From: Eledone cirrhosa
Lineage: Eukaryota
NCBI GenBank assembly: GCA_964016885.1
Contig: OZ024746.1
Location: 48,670,001-48,734,000 of the forward strand
Direction: 5' to 3'
Length of the DNA: 64,000 bases
Shown here: in pieces, positions 56,446 to 64,000 of the stretch
Position numbering within the stretch: the first letter of the stretch is position 1
Layout of the letters: every line of letters begins with the position of its first letter
Position numbers and translations under genes: made by a program
The notes under the pieces: generated by a model
Databases searched by the model: none
What the model was told of the DNA's origin: nothing
Seen by the model: only the letters and a program-made list of their open reading frames with translations

Positions 56446-59400
56446 TAAATCAAGAAGTTAGTATCTACTAAGGTACCTCGACTTTGCTATAGAAGATAAG
56501 ACTCGGATAACTACCAAGCTATTTGTTAATACTGTACAGGATTGTGGCAATATTAAGATATATCCGAAATCAAACTGCACGATAAAAAACAAAAAAGGAA
56601 TTAATTTTGTGATGTTTAGTTTTATTTTAACATTAATTGTTTCATTTAAATTATTTGCTGTTGTTATTGTCAATAACGTTTGTTACATTAATACATCGAT
56701 TATAATATTTCTGATTTGATGGCGTTTGAAATTAAAAGGAAGAAAGGAAATTATACAATTCATATTCAAAATTTAATGTTGTTTCAATTGATTTCAAGAT
56801 CTAAACAGATTCGCGAGCGACAAAGAGAGAGAAAGGGAAAGGGAGAGAGAGAGAGAGTGAAAGGGAGAGAGAAAGAAAGAGAAAGGGGACAGGAAGAAAG
56901 AGAAAGAGAGAGAGAGAAAGGGAGAAAGAGAAATAATGAAAGGTGGAAATAAATAAATATATAAAGAGAGTATTTTGTCCATGTCTTTGTTTTTCTTGTG
57001 ATGATAAATTATTCATGTTAGAAACTAAAGCAAGTTATAGAATAAAAATATGTGAGGGTTATGAAATTAAATAAATTTCATTTTGCTTTTGATTTTCATT
57101 TCATTACAGAAACATGTTTATACAACTGTTTGTTTTGAATATGAAACTTTAATGAACAGTTCAAAGAAAGAATTACTGAAAAAGGTTATATTTTAAATTC
57201 TTTTCCCCCAGTATGTGCAAAACAGCAGTATAACATTGGCATATGAACACAAATTCGCAAATGACTATAATCGATCGAACTAGCACAGGATAAAAATCAG
57301 GCTTTCCCCTATTGACACTTAAAAGGTTCAAATACCTAATCAAGGTGAATAGACTTTGAACACTGAATGTTGAGGAATGAAAGTAAATACTTTAAATCAA
57401 TATTATTTTAATGAAATGTGAAACATGGCATAGATGCCGATTTAATAAATCCTGTTATATGTTTATTTCAAAATTTACGAGCAATATTTTAATACATGAT
57501 ACCAGCATTCGGCACCAATGTTATTCCTGATTTTTTGCCCATTACTAGCTTTATTTGAAAACACCTATGAACAAAAGATATTTTACCATTCACCATTCAC
57601 ACATTTGGTATTTTACAGACGCAGTATATCTAGGGACACATTATCCTATGTCCCCGTCCTATTTTATAAAGTGATGCGGTGTGAGTAGGAGGAGATCTCT
57701 TTCCTATTTCCAGCAGTTTGTGACCACGAAGGGGCTTTTTCGATGGATTTGCCCACAATCCGAATGTTGGACTATTTACATACAACTTTCTCCTGGGCCA
57801 TCATGGAATTTGAGCCTTTAAATGTGATGCAACGAAACTTCCATCAATTAATTATCTAGCTCTTTAGTGCTCAGACATACCTCTTATTCGTGGTTAAATC
57901 ATAGGAATCTTGCTGCAGTACGAACGTGACAGGCTTTCACAAGCTACTGCCTACATTTGCTATTCCTTCAAGCACTTGAAAGAACTTAGTGCTACAAAAG
58001 AAACATGGAATGTAGCACAGACCCTGGTTTACTCAGGCATTTTATTTATCGTCCTACAGAGAAGGAATTTTATTTATCGAACATATGTAAACGTATTTAC
58101 ATTTATCTACATACACTATATTAATTATATAAATTTAGATGCGTTGCGTGCGCATGTGCAGTTTTGTGTGTTATTTAACGTTTATCGTGAGTTTCCAGTT
58201 ATTCCATTTAATGGAATACATCTCATATACTGTTAAATACGTCGACATAGAGAGAATCTGTTGGTGGCCTGTCTGTAAAGGATATAGCAAATGAAAGAAG
58301 ACGCCCAGATGAACGAGGTAACAAGTTGGTTGATAATGATATCACCAATAAAACATATTTGTTTCGGATTAATAAAAAACACCAACATATAATTGATTTC
58401 TTCAGTTAAACTCAGACAAAATTTAATAGAAAAAATAAATATACATTGTTGGAAGAGCGTTAGACTAATGATATAAATTAATTTCCTACAATTACATTCT
58501 ATGTTCAGATTTATTTCGAGCAGAGTGTGTCCCTCATTCCACACGTTCTAATAAAGGATTACCAGGTGATATGTTTGTTGTTGATGTTATTGCTGTCTAA
58601 CTTCAGCTCAGCTAGAATCAAGCAAATATGTTGAATGGCGTTCAAGCCATGTCTATCACAAAGCCGATGTTAGCTTTGCCTTTCATCCTTACGGAGTCGA
58701 TGAAATAAAGCACCAGTAATGCACCGGGGTCGTTTTAATTGACTTTCCCCTCCGCTAATTGTTGGTCATGTGCCTAAATCAGAAACCATTATTTTGGATA
58801 TACATGATTACAATGTCCAACGCGCCCTTTCTTTTTAAGACGACAATGGGAGATTTGAAGGATTTGGCTGTTATTTGTAACAGGTCGACCAGTGATGTAG
58901 AGAATTACATGTTGGATCTGGGCGTATAAGTCCACTAAATAAATCTTTCAAATGAAAATGTAGATTTTCGTCTAATCTCGTCATACAATAAAACCCTGCA
59001 AAAGGTGTGAATTTTAAAGGTCGCCCATGCTAACAACTTAGCGTACACCTCAACATATTTATATACATTTTATACCTGGTTTAAAGGCTGCCTAATGTGC
59101 CAGCATATACAAAATAAGAGAAAACGGATGAACCTCTTTATCTCACTCCCTAGTATGCAAACAAGCTGTTTCTACAAGCTGTTACTAGTGCTTTAACAAT
59201 GTTGAAATTAATTTTAATTAGCAACCAAACTTAATGAGATAAAGATCAAATGTCAATCATCTTACAACATATGCTATCCAATTCTATTTCCAGTCTTTGC
59301 AACTTTGTATAAAATTATACAAAGCCTTGGAATCTAATACAATGGATTTATGCACCTGCGTAATACAATCTTAGAAATTAACAATATCTTCTCGCTACTG

Positions 59401-59634
59401 TGCCTTTGTGTGTTATCATACTCAACTCGCTATATGCATGAAATAGCGTATAGCTGTGTATAACTGTGTAGGCGTATGTTTATGCGTATGTATATGCATG
59501 AATGCACAACTATATGAGTCACAATATTTGCGAATTTTTCTATGTTTTGAGTTTGCGTCTATGGGTGTGTATATATTCATATATATTTCTGTATTACTAA
59601 TATTAATAATAATATTAATAATAATGATTTCTTA

Positions 59635-59885
59635 TATAGGCACAAGCCCAGACATTTTTGGGGCGGGGAAAGTCGATTAAATCTGGTACTTTATTTTATC
59701 GACCCCGTAATGATAAAAGGCAAAGCTAACCTCGGTGGGATTTGAACTCAGAACGTAAGGCTCTTTACGGTCTGAGTTCAAATCACACCGAGGTTACCTT
59801 TGCCTTTCATCCTCATAGGATCGATAAAATAAAGCTCTGGTAATGCACTGAGTCGATTTGATCGACTTTCACTTCCACCAAAGCC
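59635..59885. mobile_element. Head-to-head inverted pair of SINE fragments
   Basis: GATTTGAACTCAGAACGTAAGG-CTC-TTTACGGTCTGAGTTCAAATC junction at about 59760. Confidence 0.8.
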
Positions 59886-60099
59886 TACTTTGCACAGGTC
59901 ATAAAGACACAATATATACTAATATTGCTTATCTTTCAGGCAAGAATAATATGACTATATAGATATGTGTGTGAGTGCGTGTGTATATATGTAAACATCC
60001 AGGGCATGCAGGCGTTGCTAAGTAGTAAATATGGTCCCTTCGCAATCAAGAATTCTCGTGTTCGGTTCCACTGCATGTAATTTTATGCCGTTATCTTTT

Positions 60100-60282
60100 A
60101 TTGGCAGTATCGGTAGAGGATCGGACCACATGCTTTGACGCATGGAGTAACGGCCCTTGCCATTATGAGTTCAAATCCCGCCGAGGTTAACTTTGCCTTT
60201 TATCCTTACGGGGGTCGATAAAACAAGTACCAGTAATGCACTGGGTAATTGCTGGCCTTGTGCCAAAAGTAGAAACAGTTAT
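60100..60282 (+). mobile_element. tRNA-derived SINE (further copies at about 58663 and 61575)
   Basis: Family consensus. Confidence 0.85.
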
Positions 60283-63200
60283 CTTTTATTATAGCCTCGA
60301 ATGACTTGAACCTAGTCTGTGGAACTAAATAAACGGATATTGTGTGAAAGCCCGTCGAATTATGTTATGGTTGTAAGTGTCTGAAGAGTATTAAATCCTT
60401 TATAATATAATTCAATATCTAGATAGTCTATTAGATCAACCAACTTTTGAAAACGACGCAGATCCATTAATATATTTTTCCTTTTGTAGCCAAGTATATG
60501 TATTCTTGTATGTGTCTGTGTCAGTGGTTTTGTATGTGTATATGCTACTACCACAATATGGGAACATTTGAATGGTATTATATCCATGTTTGTATGTTGC
60601 AATTATGTGTGTACCCATATGTGTGTGTATTGTGTATTCATAGGTGTGTGTAGAGTGTCTATGTGTAACCAGATGTTCTTTCTATTGAAGAAGCGTTTCA
60701 ATGTCTGTGAAATACACTCCTTGTTCTGAAATTAAGAAATAAATTATTTTGTTTAATGAAAAATGCTTGTATTTTGTTGTTATTCTTTAAAATTTAATTA
60801 TCGTAATCTTTTTTTGCCCAGAAAATAATCTAATTTTTATCCTTCTTTGTATATTAATTAATTTAAATTTAATTGAAATTATATTAAAGAAAACATTAGA
60901 TTCTAAGATTTCGTGAAACAATGTGTTGTGGATATGCTTAATTGATTTAAAACTCATTGACAATGACAGATAGCGTTCAAAGTTTTAGGAGATAGTCTTT
61001 CACAACAGGGACCTGAACTTTTTCTGAACTTAGTTTGCCTTTTCTACATTTCTTTTCCCCTTTCGTCTTCTGTGTAAATTTTATTAAAATTCTCAAACAA
61101 TATTTCAAATTTCTTTAGTTGTATTTTTTATCTTAATTCCCTAAAGCCGTCTCGTTTCAGTACCATCTTCAAAAATATTGTTGTTTTTTACTTTGTTATA
61201 GTTTATTTTTAAAAGTCAGTTGTAAACGAGTAGAAATATAATCAAAGACATTCCTCTTCTGATTATTTCATGATTTTTAAAACATCAGGGATTATATTAA
61301 CCACCACGCGCTTTCCTTTTCTTTCTCAACAGAGAAGTGTCTGCTATCCCATGCAGATTGCACGATATTTTTTCGTCGATAGTCTGATATTATTTACTAA
61401 CAAACTGGACAAGCTAGATGTTGATACCTTTATGTTGTTATCTTGTTTAGCCCCAGATCAACCATGATCGAGTAGACATTTGATATAAAACATTCGAAGC
61501 TGATCGCCTCACCATTTTAAAGTATGTCTACGATTATATTCAGTGTGTAGTTTTATTATTCAAAAAGACGATGAATTAGCTGTATCGAACACCATGCTTC
61601 GTGGCATTAAGTTATGGCCCTTTACGTTCTGATTTCAAATCCCGCCTAGGTTAGCTTAACCTTTCATCCGTACGGGCTCGATAAAATAAAATACCAGTAA
61701 CGCCCTGCGTTCGATTTAATCGACTTTCCTCTCTCCCACAATGGTTGGCATTGTGCCTTAATTAGAAGCAATTATTTAAAACGCTAGGTAGGGCTCAATT
61801 TGGGGGAGATTATTTTGCCAATTCTAGCTGATTAACGGACCACGTAAAAGTTCCTTGGCTGGCGCTAATATCCTTTTACCCATTTAATGTTGTTGTTGAT
61901 AATGTTATTTATATTTCTTAAACCGACCTCAATGCTAATCGAGCAAATGTATTATCAATGGCGTTCTACCTGTGACTAATCCATCTTAATTTGCATGCCC
62001 TTGTGCACTGCAAACAGTGCGTTGAGCCGGTGCTTATACAGGTTTCATGGCGTGAAGCGACTAAGAGTACAGGACTACAGGACTCCCCACACCTAGACAG
62101 AACGCGAGTCCATCGCCAGGTTAAACCCCCAGCTATTGGTGGGGCAATGTGAAATGAAGTGTTTCTGCTCAAGAACACTAGACGCAAGCCAGTCCAGGAA
62201 TCGAACCCATGACATTACCATCGTAAGTCCAACGCCCTTACCACTAGGACATGTGCCTTAATTTAGGGTATATTTATCTAAGACTGCTTGCCAATGTATC
62301 CCTTTTAAATTGGCAGGGTGACATATGAGGAAGAATGGGCTGCTATTTCTCCAGCGATTTGAACAACCACTTTGTGATCTTATCGTGGTATATAATCTTC
62401 TCATACAGCAACTATTTAGATTTTAATCCTTTTGGTGGGTTCGACGGAATAGGAAACAATTAAACAGGAGACTGGATATAATCGCTAATCCCTGTTTACC
62501 TGACATTAAGACCTTGCGTTCAAATGAAATATCATTATCATGTCACCAATTAGGGTGCTAGAAATCGAAATGTGTATAATGCCGAGCAAAGCATCTTGTC
62601 GAGCCAGCGACTGAGATTCGGGTGGTTGTTCAATCTGCTAGAAATAGCAGCGAAATCTCCATGTTATTACCGAAAGAACATGTTGAGCAATCTAGTCTCT
62701 GATATATAAAAAAAATGTAGGATGGTCACAACTGGTATGCCTTTGACCATACCTTCATTCAATAAGAACTGACCTACGGTTAAACCACAATTTTATTTAG
62801 CTTCTGAAATGAAATCTTGTTGTGGTTGACTTTACTTTCAACCTACGTGAATTCAATAAAAGAAATACTATTCAAATTTTGAAGCTAATTTAATCACGTG
62901 TGTCCTTCACCAACATTTATGGCCTCGTACCAATTTATAGAATTAATTTGATTATATCATCAAGCCGGAATGTGTAAACTATTTGTGTTTGTTAGATTTT
63001 TCCTGATATTTCTCCACTCATGTATTCCTTCGAGAAATTTCATGAATTATGTAAATTTTATCCTCTTAGTGCATCCAATTCCCTCTCTGGACATTTACTT
63101 TCCAAAGTAAATACATTCATTTCTGTAATACCTACATTTACATTGAACAAATTTTTCTTTGCTGATTTTACCATCTCTCTGGGTGATTGCATGATGTGAA

Positions 63201-63500
63201 ATACGGGGAAATTTGAGATGAAATAAATATAACAGAAAAAAAAGGGTGAAGAGATAATAGATAAGACAAGTTAGAGAAGCTATATTTGCGGTGATGATGG
63301 TGGTAAAGATATTAATAACCTGAAATGAATAAAAAAACGTTATTTATATTGGATTTGTAGGGGGATATTTTATATTTATAAAAGGTGTTCATGTGTAAGT
63401 CTGAGTGAATTGGATGACTATATGTGAATATATAAATACATACATATATGTGTACATACACACACACATATATATATACATATTATGTATTTATATAATA

Positions 63501-63612
<112 letters not shown>

Positions 63613-63754
63613 ATATATATAACAAAGATCTAGCTGTCGAAACGGCCGCGGCTCAGCCGTCGGGGTCCTGACTCTTTATATATATTTAAAATACATACAT
63701 ATTATTATCATTATTGTAAGATAGATAGGCGGTATGTTTCATAGGTCATCACGA

Positions 63755-64000
63755 TAGAGAGGTGGATTCATTTCTCTAACTGAGAAGCGTGGCTGATCGA
63801 CGTGGTTGAACCGATCAAGACGTCACAGCTAGGATTAACAAAGCAAGAGCAGCTTTCATCGTCCTAAGGAACGTCTAGGCATCAAAAGAGATCTACTCAA
63901 GAACTAAACTTTGCGTTGCGTCTTCAACTCCAACGTGAAGGTGATACTGCTATGTGGATGAGAAACTTGGAGGACAACAAAGAAGATGCAGCAGAAAATT
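63755..64000 (+). mobile_element. Degraded RTE-clade LINE RT C-terminal region, running off the window
   Basis: TDQDVTARINKARAAFIVLRNV*ASKEIYSRTKL..VFNSNVKVILLCG*ETWRTTKKMQQKI. Confidence 0.8.

Overview
AT-rich, microsatellite-saturated eukaryotic intergenic or intronic DNA, very probably from an octopus (cephalopod), judged from the tRNA-derived SINE families and the (TA)n/(CA)n/(GA)n load. No host gene can be supported, and nearly all listed ORFs are microsatellite translations. The real content is retroelements. Three Penelope-like elements (PLEs; RT plus C-terminal GIY-YIG) of three different families lie at about 8.2-24.8 kb. Each is a 5'-truncated copy joined head-to-head to an inverted copy of its own 3' end, and each ends in (TA)n. 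Two of them have been scrambled by a reconstructable ~8.9-kb inversion (8640-17518) with reciprocal chimeric junctions. Hidden between the (TA)n tracts across the window is a large population of short non-coding palindromic or partial-tandem elements. They carry type I hammerhead ribozyme folds (at least 8 sequence families counting the three PLE ends), several with non-canonical cores (CAGAAGA, UUGACGA, CCGAUGA, UUGAAAA..GCAA). They also share a recurrent rule of one short arm plus one extended arm. Other features are many tRNA-SINEs, a CRE-type LINE tail, RTE LINE fragments, hATm-like transposon pieces and a solo LTR with a 5-bp TSD. All folds and alignments were done by eye.
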